A stretch of 64,000 nucleotides of DNA, taken from a virus. Below, in pieces: positions 21,875 through 31,691 of the stretch. The position numbers and the translations under genes were made by a program. Positions within the stretch are counted from its first letter, which is position 1. The number at the start of each line of letters is the position of its first letter. The stretch lies in IMG/VR virus record IMGVR_UViG_3300006077_000002, positions 29,818 through 93,817 of that record. One strand, 5' to 3'. The notes under the pieces are model-generated. The model was not told the origin of the DNA. It saw only the letters and a list, made by a program, of their open reading frames with translations, and ran no database searches.

Positions 21875-22300
21875 TCAGGTACATGGGTCCATTTTTACAC
21901 GGACTTCAAGTACGATTGTGGCTCCACGTACGGGTGCCATCTCAGCATGGTCATAGTTAACAGATACAATATCTCTATCAACTATATATTTCCAAATTTT
22001 GTTGTCATTTAAGATAGATGACTCAAGAGAGTCTACAATATCCATAAGAACTAAATTATCTTCACCAACATTGGCAGCAACATAGACACTAAATAACATA
22101 GTTCTTAGGTATCCAGCCCTGCCAGCAGAGTTTGAGTCAAGTGTAAATACAACTGTCTCAAGGGTAACATCTACTGCAAGGTCTTCAGTAAGTTCTGAAA
22201 GTGGAGTAATATCATTCACAGTTACTTTAGGTTGTTGTGAGCTTGCCGAAATTAATTGGGAAAGCTCTTCAATAATTTGTCTAGTAAGTTGTGTACTCAT
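21875..22300 (-). CDS. Tail terminator-like protein
   Basis: Size, acidic beta-rich composition, position upstream of tail tube. Confidence 0.55.
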   Translation of the reverse strand: MSTQLTRQIIEELSQLISASSQQPKVTVNDITPLSELTEDLAVDVTLETVVFTLDSNSAGRAGYLRTMLFSVYVAANVGEDNLVLMDIVDSLESSILNDNKIWKYIVDRDIVSVNYDHAEMAPVRGATIVLEVRVKMDPCT

Positions 22301-22788
22301 TCAAATCCTCCATACTGAAGTCCCTCAACAGGTTGTAGAAGTTTCTCTACTCGTTTGCTAAGTTCCTTATAAATTTTCTGCTTAAAGTTAAAGAACCTAC
22401 CTTGGATGTTATCATTATGATATTCTCCATAGTTAAAATCTCTTACAGTAAATGGCACAAACTCAGCGTATGCACCTGCTTTAACTATTGGGTGAGTTCC
22501 ACTTTTAGAAACTCGTGTATATGTTCTATGACCCAATGACCTCTCAAGGAGTCCAGAACATCTACCAGGGTACCCACCTGATGCTGAGTTCTGTGGACCA
22601 TTCTTAGTTGCACAAGGGCTACTTAGTTTTACCTTAGCCCACTGTCTCCATAACGCAGCAGAGGAAGCTAATTGAGAACGAAGTTTAAGAGCATATTTTT
22701 TGGCTACACCTACATTAACTGCTTCCGCAATATCTAATAGCGTTTTACCTTTACCTATCTTTGTCTTCTTCTCAAAATGCATTAACAT
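22297..22788 (-). CDS. Tail completion / neck protein
   Basis: Basic 163 aa with PGRCSGLLERSL motif; position. Confidence 0.5.
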   Translation of the reverse strand: MLMHFEKKTKIGKGKTLLDIAEAVNVGVAKKYALKLRSQLASSAALWRQWAKVKLSSPCATKNGPQNSASGGYPGRCSGLLERSLGHRTYTRVSKSGTHPIVKAGAYAEFVPFTVRDFNYGEYHNDNIQGRFFNFKQKIYKELSKRVEKLLQPVEGLQYGGFE

Positions 22789-23126
22789 TAGATAATCACT
22801 GATGCTGTAGGGGAATACATTCTATAAGTACTTGTGATGATATCTGGAAACTTATCTGAATAAGTAACTGAACCACCACCAGGATTTTTTACAGAGTCAA
22901 TAGTTGGTACGCTTTTTGTCTGTTGCTCATACTTAAATTTAGCATGAGAGTACATTGCGTATACTAGGTCAATAGGAATATCATCAGGAGTTTCGTACTC
23001 ATCAATATCAATTGCATGAACTGTCTTAACGTACTGAAAGACCATCTTAAGAATCATTGAATAAGTTTCTTCAGAGATATCAGAGATGTTCATCACTGAC
23101 TTGAATTGTGTGAAAGAGAAACTCAT
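22788..23126 (-). CDS. Head-tail connector (gp6-like adaptor)
   Basis: IPIDLVYA...GSVTYSDKFPDII..YR pattern; downstream of capsid gene. Confidence 0.6.
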   Translation of the reverse strand: MSFSFTQFKSVMNISDISEETYSMILKMVFQYVKTVHAIDIDEYETPDDIPIDLVYAMYSHAKFKYEQQTKSVPTIDSVKNPGGGSVTYSDKFPDIITSTYRMYSPTASVII

Positions 23127-23129
23127 CGG

Positions 23130-23345
23130 CTACTCCTCTGTGGGAACAGCTTTCTTAGTTCTCTTTTTACGGACAGGTTTAGCTGGTTCTACAGCCTCTG
23201 CCTCTACGACTAGTGTGAATGTTTTCTCACCAAATGTCTTGATATAATACTCAGCAATGCCATCTTCTAGCTCATACTCAGTACCTGGCTCAAAACGCTT
23301 ACCATTGGAATTCATGGCACCTGTACCATTATAAATAACTTTCAT
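23130..23345 (-). CDS. Small capsid-associated hypothetical protein
   Basis: 71 aa, AAAGGA RBS, directly after MCP. Confidence 0.6.
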   Translation of the reverse strand: MKVIYNGTGAMNSNGKRFEPGTEYELEDGIAEYYIKTFGEKTFTLVVEAEAVEPAKPVRKKRTKKAVPTEE

Positions 23346-23369
23346 GTTTATCCTTTGTGTTAAGTTCCA

Positions 23370-23397
23370 GTGGGAAGCCCGAAGGCTGCCCTAGGAA
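23370..23397 (-). terminator. cUUCGg hairpin after major capsid gene
   Basis: Minus strand GGGCAGCC-TTCG-GGCTTCCC. Confidence 0.5.
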
Positions 23398-23410
23398 CCT
23401 AATCGTTAGA

Positions 23411-24643
23411 TTAGATACGGTTTACGTTGATTCCAACAACAATGTTCTTGCGAGTTGCGTCGATTGCAGTAGGGTTACTGTCAAGACGGTCGAAGCGAGA
23501 GTTGAAGCCAGCACGTACACTACCAGTAGTGATGATGTGTTGGTTTACAATGTTACGGTCAATTTCCATAAGTGGTGTACCAGTTGCGTAGTAAACACAA
23601 GTCTCACGGTTAACCATTACGATTGAACTGAAGTCATCAGCAGTTCCACCAACTACACCAGTTGCATCAACTTGTGGTAGGTACGGAGTCATAACAACAG
23701 GAATGTTGAATACAGAGTCTACTGGAGAACCAAATAGAGTTGCTGCACCAGCTGCTTTGTCACGAGTCAAGAATGCTGGAAGCATACGTAACTGGTTATA
23801 AGAGTTTTGGTCAACAAGAATAACTACGTTACCCATTGATACTTCAAGGTCGTCTAGATAAACGCCACCAGCCTCTTGCATTGCAGAGATGTTTTTCAAC
23901 CAATCTTCTTGAGCCAATGCTGCACCACCAAAGTCTACAGTTTGCTTGCCAAGTCCTAGTTTACGAAGACCTTTGAAAGCTTTCTTGTAAGAGTTAGCTG
24001 CAACACCTGCATCCATATGAGTAGCTGTATCGTCACCATTGATTACTGCTTGTTCGATTGCACGAGCAAGAGCGTCAACGATACCGTTACGTACTTCAGT
24101 TGCAAGGTCAATCAATGCATCATCAAGAGCTTCGTATGATTTACGAACAACAGCCATACACTTGCTTACTAGGTAAATCATAGTGATGTAGCTTTCTGCC
24201 GAGTCAGTTCCGTCAGTAGCTTCGTTAGTTAAGAAACCTTCGATACCATGAACGGCAATTGAATCGTACTGACCTGGAGAAGTTTGCTTGAACGGGAACA
24301 ATGCAGTAACAACTAGGCGAGACTGGATGTCTTGCCATAGTGTTCCAGTGAATCCACTTGGTAATAGTTCAGCGATATCAGTTGTTACACCAACAGCTTT
24401 GATACGAGAGTTAAGAGCATCAGATTCTACTTTAAGTAGAGGTGCTCCACCACGGATTGTTTTGATAATCAAACCAAGTTCAGCAGCACGTTGTGCATCA
24501 GCAGGAGCACCTTTAAGTGCAGTTGTAAGTGCGTCAGCAGGAGCTGATACAGCAGGGTTAGATGCAAGCTCTGCACCAGCAGAATCAATCTCAGTTTTCA
24601 TAGACTTAATAGCGTCAGCTACTAATGATTTAAGTTTAGACAT
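23411..24643 (-). CDS. Major capsid protein (HK97 fold)
   Basis: SYEALDDALIDL...LARAIEQAVINGD...FKGLRK...VFNIPVV; strongly biased codon usage. Confidence 0.92.
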   Translation of the reverse strand: MSKLKSLVADAIKSMKTEIDSAGAELASNPAVSAPADALTTALKGAPADAQRAAELGLIIKTIRGGAPLLKVESDALNSRIKAVGVTTDIAELLPSGFTGTLWQDIQSRLVVTALFPFKQTSPGQYDSIAVHGIEGFLTNEATDGTDSAESYITMIYLVSKCMAVVRKSYEALDDALIDLATEVRNGIVDALARAIEQAVINGDDTATHMDAGVAANSYKKAFKGLRKLGLGKQTVDFGGAALAQEDWLKNISAMQEAGGVYLDDLEVSMGNVVILVDQNSYNQLRMLPAFLTRDKAAGAATLFGSPVDSVFNIPVVMTPYLPQVDATGVVGGTADDFSSIVMVNRETCVYYATGTPLMEIDRNIVNQHIITTGSVRAGFNSRFDRLDSNPTAIDATRKNIVVGINVNRI

Positions 24644-24664
24644 AGTCTTCCTTTGTGTTTGGGT

Positions 24665-25774
24665 TTATTGCTCTTCATCGAACATAGCTGCGGCAATCTC
24701 TGCTACAACTTTCTTCTCTACAGCTTCTGCAAGCGTAGACACGGTTTCAAATACCTCTTCCAACTCTTCGTCGTTAAGGTCTTCAATTTTGATTTTAGAA
24801 AGAAGGTCAATTGCATCAGATAATGTCAACTGGACTTCTTCAGGTTCAGTAACTTCAGGCTCTACCTCAGGTTCTACCTTAGGCTCCTCTTCCACTACAT
24901 CTTCCGAAGTCTTTGAAGGCTCTTCAGTTTCCTCGGTAGCAGGTTCTACTACCTCTTCAGGTTCAGGCGTTGCTTCTGCAACTTCTGCAGGAACGCTATC
25001 TGAAACTGCAGGTTCAGTAGAAGTGTCTTCCACGCCATCCTCAGTTCCATCTTCAGTTCCTGATACTGACTCTCCGTCAGGTTCAGTGTTATCAACCACG
25101 GTTGGCACTTCTTCATTCTCAATCTCTTTAATTACATCCACTGGCGAATCCTTTTTAGTAGATTTAAGAAGGCAACCGAGCGTATCACATAGCTCAGGAT
25201 TGTCTGCCTTCAAAGCGTCTGGTGAGACAACAGCTTTAGTAGTTACACCGTCTACACTTTTAATGACGGTTGAACTAAAGGTTGCTTCTGCCAAAGCTGG
25301 TGTTGAAACTACGGATAGTTCAAACAAATGAGATTTGGTAATCTCAATCATGTCATCCTCTGTCCAATCAATCTCTTCAACCATAAGGCCCACTGAGAAT
25401 GAATTAAGTAAACCAGCCTTAACGGCTTCGTATACATAGTTAGTCATTGAATCACCTGGAAGTTTTGTAACTTCAGCTGATACATAAAGTCCCTTAGCAT
25501 CGTAAGACGCTGAGGTAACCTTACCAATAATCTTTGATTGGTCATGTTGGAAAAGTAAGGGGATGTTTCCAGTTTCAAGCCGACTAACATCAATACCATA
25601 TTGATTGATAGTCTCTCCGTCCAAGTCCACTGCTTTGTGTCCTGTGTCGGTAAAGCCTCTGGAAGCATACCCATTTAGCATTATTGTTGGTAGTTCTCGT
25701 TGGTCTGTATCCATCATCTTAACTGAGTCAAGAGTGAAGGATTTAACCAGAGCGACTGCCTTGTCTAATTTCAT
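24665..25774 (-). CDS. Prohead protease with long acidic C-terminal extension
   Basis: GYAS, PLLFQHD...IGKV, SFSVG, LFELSVVSTPA motifs. Confidence 0.92.
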   Translation of the reverse strand: MKLDKAVALVKSFTLDSVKMMDTDQRELPTIMLNGYASRGFTDTGHKAVDLDGETINQYGIDVSRLETGNIPLLFQHDQSKIIGKVTSASYDAKGLYVSAEVTKLPGDSMTNYVYEAVKAGLLNSFSVGLMVEEIDWTEDDMIEITKSHLFELSVVSTPALAEATFSSTVIKSVDGVTTKAVVSPDALKADNPELCDTLGCLLKSTKKDSPVDVIKEIENEEVPTVVDNTEPDGESVSGTEDGTEDGVEDTSTEPAVSDSVPAEVAEATPEPEEVVEPATEETEEPSKTSEDVVEEEPKVEPEVEPEVTEPEEVQLTLSDAIDLLSKIKIEDLNDEELEEVFETVSTLAEAVEKKVVAEIAAAMFDEEQ

Positions 25775-25801
25775 GGTATCTCCTCTTATAGAAAGTACAT
25801 T

Positions 25802-25830
25802 CAGGTATCTTGTGCAGGAATGTTGGGATT
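25802..25830 (-). promoter_or_regulatory. Candidate late promoter/operator (copy 1)
   Basis: 28/29 identical to 29121-29149; upstream of protease-capsid genes. Confidence 0.6.
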
Positions 25831-27175
25831 ACTCTTTAGGAGCGTTCTCAGCACCACCTGTAGACCCAGAGCCTGTACCATCTTGGTTCATACCATCTGT
25901 TGCATCGTTAGGAGCACCATCGGTAGGAGCAGCTATATCTGCACGAAGTGAGTCTTTAATGTCTGCGTATTCTTCAATAGGTACAGGACTTGAACTCACA
26001 AGGTAAGCAGGTAGGAAGTGTAGGTTAGCATCTTCAGTTTCAAGAGGGTCCATCTCAAGGTATCCACGAGCTTCGTTAATTGACATCAGGCCTAGCTTGT
26101 AGGCTTTCTCTGCAATCTCCATCTTAGTCTGAATAGAATCACTAAGAATATCAATGTCAGCAAAATCAAATACCACTTCAGCGTTTTGTAGCTTCAGGGT
26201 ATTGCGAAAGTACTTAGTCATTTGATGGCCAAGGCTCTCGAAGATAGGACGAATCTGAATCTGGAAGAAAATCTGACTGGCTTTAACAACTGCTGCGTCA
26301 GATACATATCCCTGGTAATCACCTAGCAAGTACTCTGGCATACCAAATGCTCTTAGTACCTGTGTATTAATCTTAGTGATAGCTGTCATTACTTCCATAG
26401 GGTTCTGAGCTGTACTAACAGACTTTACATCTATGTCAGCGTTAAGATACATTGCTGTAGTCTTAGAACTTTGAACAAACTGTTGGAATGCTGCATGGAT
26501 AGGAGCAATCTTTTCATCTGCAATTGGCTCTTTGGGAGTTACGATTACAGAGTCTTTAGCTCCAGAGCCATAGAACTCTTTCTGGTTAAGTACTAGGAAG
26601 CCTTGCATCTGCAGGATATCGTTCAGTGCTTTAAGACGACTGATTGGGTACACCAGGTTTGTTATATCAATTGTATTGTTAACGTAGATTACATCTTTGG
26701 GTTTGAACTCAAGCTCATTACCCGCTTCAGTTGAATAGGTAAACTTACTTATCGTTGCCTTGGCAGTTGCATCAATCTCAAACTTAGTTGTGTCGTAAGG
26801 ATAGAAATTAATGTTACTACTTGGGCCTTTCTCAGCAATGATGATTGCTGCACCCTGTGTAAAGATACTTGAGAAAGTCTTGCGAAGGAAATCAGATTGA
26901 CTGTCGGTCTCGTTAATGTCATACTTTAGGTCAATGTTCTTAATCTTGTAGGGCTTCATATCACCCTTAGAGTCTACTTTCATAACCTCCATCTTAGCCA
27001 TTGAGGCAATGTTAGCACACGTACGTATTACAGAGTCAAGTGTTTCAGCACTCTGTACATACTCATCATAGACTTTCTCAAAGGTTTTATTACCACCGTT
27101 CTCATACGCTGTGTAATCTTCTTTGACTGTTGGATTTTTTGTTCGTGTAAACATCTTTGTAAAAAAGTTTGCCAT
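25829..27175 (-). CDS. Portal protein
   Basis: 448 aa; DVIYV..., VLRAFGMPEYLLG, GLMSINEARGYLEMDPL. Confidence 0.9.
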   Translation of the reverse strand: MANFFTKMFTRTKNPTVKEDYTAYENGGNKTFEKVYDEYVQSAETLDSVIRTCANIASMAKMEVMKVDSKGDMKPYKIKNIDLKYDINETDSQSDFLRKTFSSIFTQGAAIIIAEKGPSSNINFYPYDTTKFEIDATAKATISKFTYSTEAGNELEFKPKDVIYVNNTIDITNLVYPISRLKALNDILQMQGFLVLNQKEFYGSGAKDSVIVTPKEPIADEKIAPIHAAFQQFVQSSKTTAMYLNADIDVKSVSTAQNPMEVMTAITKINTQVLRAFGMPEYLLGDYQGYVSDAAVVKASQIFFQIQIRPIFESLGHQMTKYFRNTLKLQNAEVVFDFADIDILSDSIQTKMEIAEKAYKLGLMSINEARGYLEMDPLETEDANLHFLPAYLVSSSPVPIEEYADIKDSLRADIAAPTDGAPNDATDGMNQDGTGSGSTGGAENAPKE

Positions 27176-27177
27176 GC

Positions 27178-27534
27178 CTATCCTTTCACTTGATACTCAA
27201 GTTCATAAACAAAGGCCGAGCGACTCGTCACCTTCATCTTTAAAACAATTGATTTATTCTCCTGCCAGTCAGCGAGAGCAATTGTGAAGATGGCGTTAAC
27301 CAACCCACAAGAACCCATCTGCATTGTAACCAGAGTGTTAGGGATAACTTCTTCGTTACGCCCATCCTTATAATACAGCTGTCCTGTGACACCTGCCATT
27401 TTATCAACGCCTACTGCGTCGTATATCTCCAGCTTAATAAAAGTCTGTACGTCAGGGTCTATACTAAATGTGTTTCCACCAGCATCCCTAACCTCAAACT
27501 TCGAGTAGTTGAAGAAGTCATCTATAGTACTCAT
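27178..27534 (-). CDS. Hypothetical protein
   Basis: 118-aa ORF with GAGGAG RBS between TerL and portal. Confidence 0.7.
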   Translation of the reverse strand: MSTIDDFFNYSKFEVRDAGGNTFSIDPDVQTFIKLEIYDAVGVDKMAGVTGQLYYKDGRNEEVIPNTLVTMQMGSCGLVNAIFTIALADWQENKSIVLKMKVTSRSAFVYELEYQVKG

Positions 27535-27654
27535 ATGAGTTGCTCCTCTAAAATTGTGTTAACTTCCTTCAGCCAAGGGGAAAGAATTAATTAAATGATT
27601 TAAACAATAAGTATTTAATACATAAAACATTTAATAATTAAATACTTAATGTAT

Positions 27655-27683
27655 ATTATACCTGAATTCCCCTTAATTGTCAA
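27655..27683 (-). promoter_or_regulatory. Consensus sigma70 promoter TTGACA-N17-TATAAT
   Basis: Perfect match on the minus strand, pointing at the portal/head genes. Confidence 0.75.
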
Positions 27684-27714
27684 GGCCTTTTTGAACTAGT
27701 TCATTTCCTTAAGC

Positions 27715-29082
27715 TTACGCTAAGAATATAGTTCCTGCTGATGATTGTCTTACATATGTATAAATACAATACCGCAAAGCAGCGATGAGGTCCCAGTGGT
27801 GAGACCTGTCAGGTGGTGGTGCGAATAAGTCTCCGCCAGTTGCAGCAGAGGCAGCTCCGTTCTTGTACTCCACGTTAGATATCTGATGGATTAGTTCGGT
27901 AAGCTCACTGCTAATATAAAGTTTAGGTCTACGATTCATACCCTGAGGTGCGAACATATCGTTAAGACACTGAAGGCCAGGTGCAACTTTGTTGGTGGCC
28001 TTACCTATAAAGTAGTTGTAGGTTGACGCAAGGTCAAGCAATGTTTGTGCAGCTGAAGGGTCACCATAGCGACCAGCACACACAGCATCTCCAAACCACT
28101 CATCTTGCTTCCTGAAGTTTTCCAAGTGTTTCTTAGTTGGCAGTTGGTTCTTCATATAAGCTTTAGCTACATACATATCTCCAGCAGAGTTTACATAAGC
28201 TGATATCTGTGCAGTGGAGTCACTTAGTCCAAAGTCATAGCCACTAATATATTTGCACCCACTAAGGTCAATGCTATCAGGGTCATAGATATTAATATCT
28301 TGGTCAAATGCATGGAATACTCCAGAACCTGTGCTAACCCACTCGGCTAATATTTCCTGACGATATGTTAGGTCAGGCAACAAGTCCTTCTGTGCTTCCA
28401 AATAAGCTGCTGGAAGCAAGGGGTTACAAGTGCTGGGTGAAGAGTAAGAGCGGTAGTTGGAAAACTTACCAAGTTCTGCTCTCTCAAACAATGTGTGGAA
28501 CTCTGTGTTCTTACCACGAGGTGTGCCAAGGAATACAATGTTAGCATATAGGATGCCAGACGCTCGCAGTCCGTAGTCCAAGAGCATTGGTCCCAACTCT
28601 TGGTTAAGGATTTCAAGTACTCCACTTACAGATTGTGTCTCGTCCACAACCAACAGAGAACAACGTGAACCTAGGGCTGACGAAATGTTAGACTGTGTGA
28701 AAGAACCAAAGGCAGCTCCGTTCTCCAATGTAATTGTAAAGGCACCCTTATTAATTTCCGCCACGGGAAGTTCAAGTTCGTGTACAAATTTCAATACTTC
28801 TTTAAATAGAATCTTCGAGTTCTTATAGGATGGAGTAAGGAGGATAGTGTTGGAGAATGGTATAAGAAGTTCTCTTAGTACAATAAGTGCTGTACTTAAG
28901 GACTTACCTGAACGACGACCCAGACAAACAACAAATACATTGGCTGAATTGTCCTCATCGAAGTCTTTAATGATGGGAGATTGTCCCGAATGTGGTGTCA
29001 TATTGACTAAATCCCACACCTTTTGTAGAGAAATCTTATCAGAAACCTGCTGATATATCTCTATTTCTTTATTAATAAGCAT
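27715..29082 (-). CDS. terL: Terminase large subunit (T5-like)
   Basis: GRRSGKS Walker A, LLVVDE Walker B, GTPRG, YRQEILAEW, GYDFGLSD, HHWDLIAALRY. Confidence 0.95.
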   Translation of the reverse strand: MLINKEIEIYQQVSDKISLQKVWDLVNMTPHSGQSPIIKDFDEDNSANVFVVCLGRRSGKSLSTALIVLRELLIPFSNTILLTPSYKNSKILFKEVLKFVHELELPVAEINKGAFTITLENGAAFGSFTQSNISSALGSRCSLLVVDETQSVSGVLEILNQELGPMLLDYGLRASGILYANIVFLGTPRGKNTEFHTLFERAELGKFSNYRSYSSPSTCNPLLPAAYLEAQKDLLPDLTYRQEILAEWVSTGSGVFHAFDQDINIYDPDSIDLSGCKYISGYDFGLSDSTAQISAYVNSAGDMYVAKAYMKNQLPTKKHLENFRKQDEWFGDAVCAGRYGDPSAAQTLLDLASTYNYFIGKATNKVAPGLQCLNDMFAPQGMNRRPKLYISSELTELIHQISNVEYKNGAASAATGGDLFAPPPDRSHHWDLIAALRYCIYTYVRQSSAGTIFLA

Positions 29083-29120
29083 AAATTAAAACCTTTTACT
29101 TGCTATATGTGTAGAAAATA

Positions 29121-29149
29121 CAGGTATCTTGTGCAGAAATGTTGGGATT
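29121..29149 (-). promoter_or_regulatory. Candidate late promoter/operator (copy 2)
   Basis: CAGGTATCTTGTGCAGAAATGTTGGGATT upstream of terL. Confidence 0.6.
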
Positions 29150-29181
29150 TAAGCAGGGTTTAAGCATACTTATGGTATAAT
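29148..29181 (+). promoter_or_regulatory. Host-type promoter TTTAAG-N5-TTTAAG-N11-TATAAT
   Basis: Extended -10 TGGTATAAT; same geometry at 35778, 41556 and 32944. Confidence 0.7.
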
Positions 29182-29202
29182 GTCTGTATAAATTAAGGAG
29201 AT

Positions 29203-29580
29203 ATGATGGAATTATCAGAGACAATTAGAGTTAAGTACGCTTCAGGGCTGTACTCAAATACAGAATTGGTGCTAGAATACAGCCCTTTGGTTGGTGCTAT
29301 GAAGGTACTGGAGATATTAAACTATGCGGTGGATAAAGATGTGCGTCCTGACCTACAAGGTATCATTGAGGACATGCCTAAAGTGCATACGATAACCTCT
29401 TTATACCATCGAGAGCTTCGTGAGAGTCATACACAGATTGAAGGAACCACTGAGACAACTGCTTGGAAAGACCGTGAGTTTGCAATTGATAAGCGTAGGT
29501 TAGACTTTAAGCTACGAGAAGAGTTGAGAGCGTATCCTTGGGTAACCCCAGATGTCTTGTCAAAGCTATATCATGACTAA
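29203..29580 (+). CDS. Hypothetical protein (C-terminal LSKLY tag)
   Basis: AAGGAG RBS; 125 aa. Confidence 0.7.
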   Translation: MMELSETIRVKYASGLYSNTELVLEYSPLVGAMKVLEILNYAVDKDVRPDLQGIIEDMPKVHTITSLYHRELRESHTQIEGTTETTAWKDREFAIDKRRLDFKLREELRAYPWVTPDVLSKLYHD

Positions 29581-30148
29581 GACCTGTACCAAATGTGGTG
29601 TTACAGCCACAGGTCAGGGCCAGATAATTAAAGAATTCGTTAAGAGTTCTGGGTATAAGTACGGGATAGAAGCTACGTGTAAGCGTTGTCATAACCTAGG
29701 GAAGACTGCCAATGATGTTGTTGGCCCATACTCACTCCTTACGGAGAAGCCTAGCCCTAAGGTATGTGCTTGTTGTGGTAAGGAGAGCTATGTATATGGT
29801 AGAGACTTCCGCCATGTTAGGTCAACCAGAGCAAGTTCCTCAGCATATCTTCCTATATGTAAGGGATGTGAGCAGGTTGCTTGCTTGGTATTGGGAGAGT
29901 TTCAACACTTAATACGTGAAGGTAAACACCTGGAAGGTGGACCAGAAGACCCTTGGTATAAGGAGCTGTTATCAGCCTTCTATTTAATGACGTTGGGTCA
30001 TATACCAGACCGTGATGTACTGAGCTTCCCAGCTCGCTACGCATTACCAAATGGAACGCCGTGTGTACGGTCAGCAAAACGCATCTGGCAAATCAAGCTT
30101 GATGTTGGTTATTCTCAAAAGGAGATTGTAGATGAAAGTGGATTCTAA
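29573..30148 (+). CDS. Zn-finger protein (two KxCxxCG...CKxC units)
   Basis: KTCTKCG..CKRC and KVCACCG..CKGC; start refined to the ATG at 29573. Confidence 0.65.
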   Translation: MTKTCTKCGVTATGQGQIIKEFVKSSGYKYGIEATCKRCHNLGKTANDVVGPYSLLTEKPSPKVCACCGKESYVYGRDFRHVRSTRASSSAYLPICKGCEQVACLVLGEFQHLIREGKHLEGGPEDPWYKELLSAFYLMTLGHIPDRDVLSFPARYALPNGTPCVRSAKRIWQIKLDVGYSQKEIVDESGF

Positions 30149-30569
30149 TATTGTAGGTACGGATGGTTCAGATAAACTGTTGCCAAACTTTACTGAACTC
30201 GAAACTAAGATACTGGTGGCCAGCCTAGAGGGCGGCTCAACAAAACAAATTGCGGCTATGCTTAGGGTTCCCCCTACGTTCATCCGTACGTTCTTGAACA
30301 AGGGGAAGGTTAAAGAATACCTTAGAGAACAGAAAGAACTGGCCGCAGAATTAGTACAGCTTAAGATTCAAGAGCTTCTTACTGGAGTTGTTGAACAGCG
30401 TATTGAAGAAGCGGATGGTGATATGTCAAAGATAACTAAGAAGGATACTCTTGAAGTTATTAAGGTGTTGCAAGACATCAGCTCTGGAATTGTTAAAGGT
30501 GCCCAGAAGAGTGAGAGCGAGGATAAGTATGCTGCTATCCTTGGGTTGGTGATGAAAGATGAGGACTGA
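30132..30569 (+). CDS. terS: Terminase small subunit (T5-like)
   Basis: N-terminal HTH, VKEYL, RIEEA...TKKDTLEVI and C-terminal KYAAILGLV resemble T5-type TerS. Confidence 0.65.
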   Translation: MKVDSNIVGTDGSDKLLPNFTELETKILVASLEGGSTKQIAAMLRVPPTFIRTFLNKGKVKEYLREQKELAAELVQLKIQELLTGVVEQRIEEADGDMSKITKKDTLEVIKVLQDISSGIVKGAQKSESEDKYAAILGLVMKDED

Positions 30570-30738
30570 GTGGCAGGACTTTGTCCGCTCCAATTATAAG
30601 GTGATGACAGTTGAGCATATGGCTTATCTCTTGGGTGTTACCCGCACAGAGATACTTCAGGAGTTTCCTATGCTTCAAAGAAATAGTCCAGATAGAAGTA
30701 TTCAAACACTGGTAATTATTAGGCCTAGACATGACTAA
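30559..30738 (+). CDS. Small HTH-like protein (59 aa, not in ORF track)
   Basis: MRTEWQDFVRSNYKVMTVEHMAYLLGVTRTEI...; overlaps both neighbours. Confidence 0.5.
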   Translation: MRTEWQDFVRSNYKVMTVEHMAYLLGVTRTEILQEFPMLQRNSPDRSIQTLVIIRPRHD

Positions 30739-31507
30739 GAGACAGCGTTGGGTTTACAACTATAAGTCCCCCGTCCCTCGTTTAGGAAAGGAAGGTGCTG
30801 GAATAGAACCACCTCTAATAGTTCCTGGAGTTGAACAGTTGATATGCCTAGGCTGTGGCACTGAGATTAATATCCTTAGAGCTAAGAGTAGGTTCAAAGA
30901 TGATACCAATCGTATGCTGAAGACATTCTCTGGGTTCTACCCTAAGCAGCCTGAGGCTTGTGCATGTGACCTTATGGAAATTGAGGTTAGTCTTGAGGGT
31001 CAGCTCACAGTACGGTCAGACAGCCCAGAACTAATTAGGTGGCAGGTACGAAGTCCTAAGGGGTTGGTCCTTACGCTTGCCCGTTCATTGGGAAATGATA
31101 TTCCTACATACATCTCCCCACCACTGGAGGAGTATTCCAAAACTGTGTACAAGAATCCCAAATGGGAAATCGAGATGTTAGACCACTTGGATATGCACCA
31201 GTTCAAACCTAAGGAGCGAGAGGTTGTACTGCCAGGCACTGATGCTGACAGAGATTTCTTCCTTCGTTGTTATGCCTACACCTACAAGGTGTGTGTCTCA
31301 GAGAACCAAAGTACATACCTACCAACAGGTCATAGGGTTTCTTACAATCCTGACCTTAAGGGCGAGAGGTCTTACCCAGAACACCTCATAGCCAACCTTC
31401 ACCTTCGTTCCCTCTCGCCCCTGCGGTTAGAACTTGAAGGAATAACAGACCCTTTCCATAGGGCAAACCTCACACTGCAATATGCTAAAACTTTGAGGGT
31501 TCCATAA
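30731..31507 (+). CDS. Hypothetical protein (possible Zn-binding)
   Basis: 258-aa ORF with CLGCG and CAC. Confidence 0.6.
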   Translation: MTKRQRWVYNYKSPVPRLGKEGAGIEPPLIVPGVEQLICLGCGTEINILRAKSRFKDDTNRMLKTFSGFYPKQPEACACDLMEIEVSLEGQLTVRSDSPELIRWQVRSPKGLVLTLARSLGNDIPTYISPPLEEYSKTVYKNPKWEIEMLDHLDMHQFKPKEREVVLPGTDADRDFFLRCYAYTYKVCVSENQSTYLPTGHRVSYNPDLKGERSYPEHLIANLHLRSLSPLRLELEGITDPFHRANLTLQYAKTLRVP

Positions 31508-31604
31508 CCTCCCCCAGAATAACCTCCCCCAGAATAACCTTAGGGGAACCCCCAGAATAACCTTAGGGGAACCCCCAGAATAACCTTAGGGGAACCTTAG
31601 GGGA
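31503..31604. repeat. Short tandem repeats CCCCCAGAATAACCT(TAGGGGAA), candidate genome-end/packaging repeats
   Basis: Four near-identical units directly visible. Confidence 0.85.
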
Positions 31605-31691
31605 CTTTCAAAAACCTCCCGCAAATTTCTGGCTATGGGCCCTGGGGTTTGAACCTTAAGTATACCTTAACCCTCCCCCTCTACCCCCTAA

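Noticed and set aside
24288-25331. 347-aa plus-strand ORF
   Set aside because: Antisense shadow of the capsid and protease genes, Ser-rich from complementary codon bias
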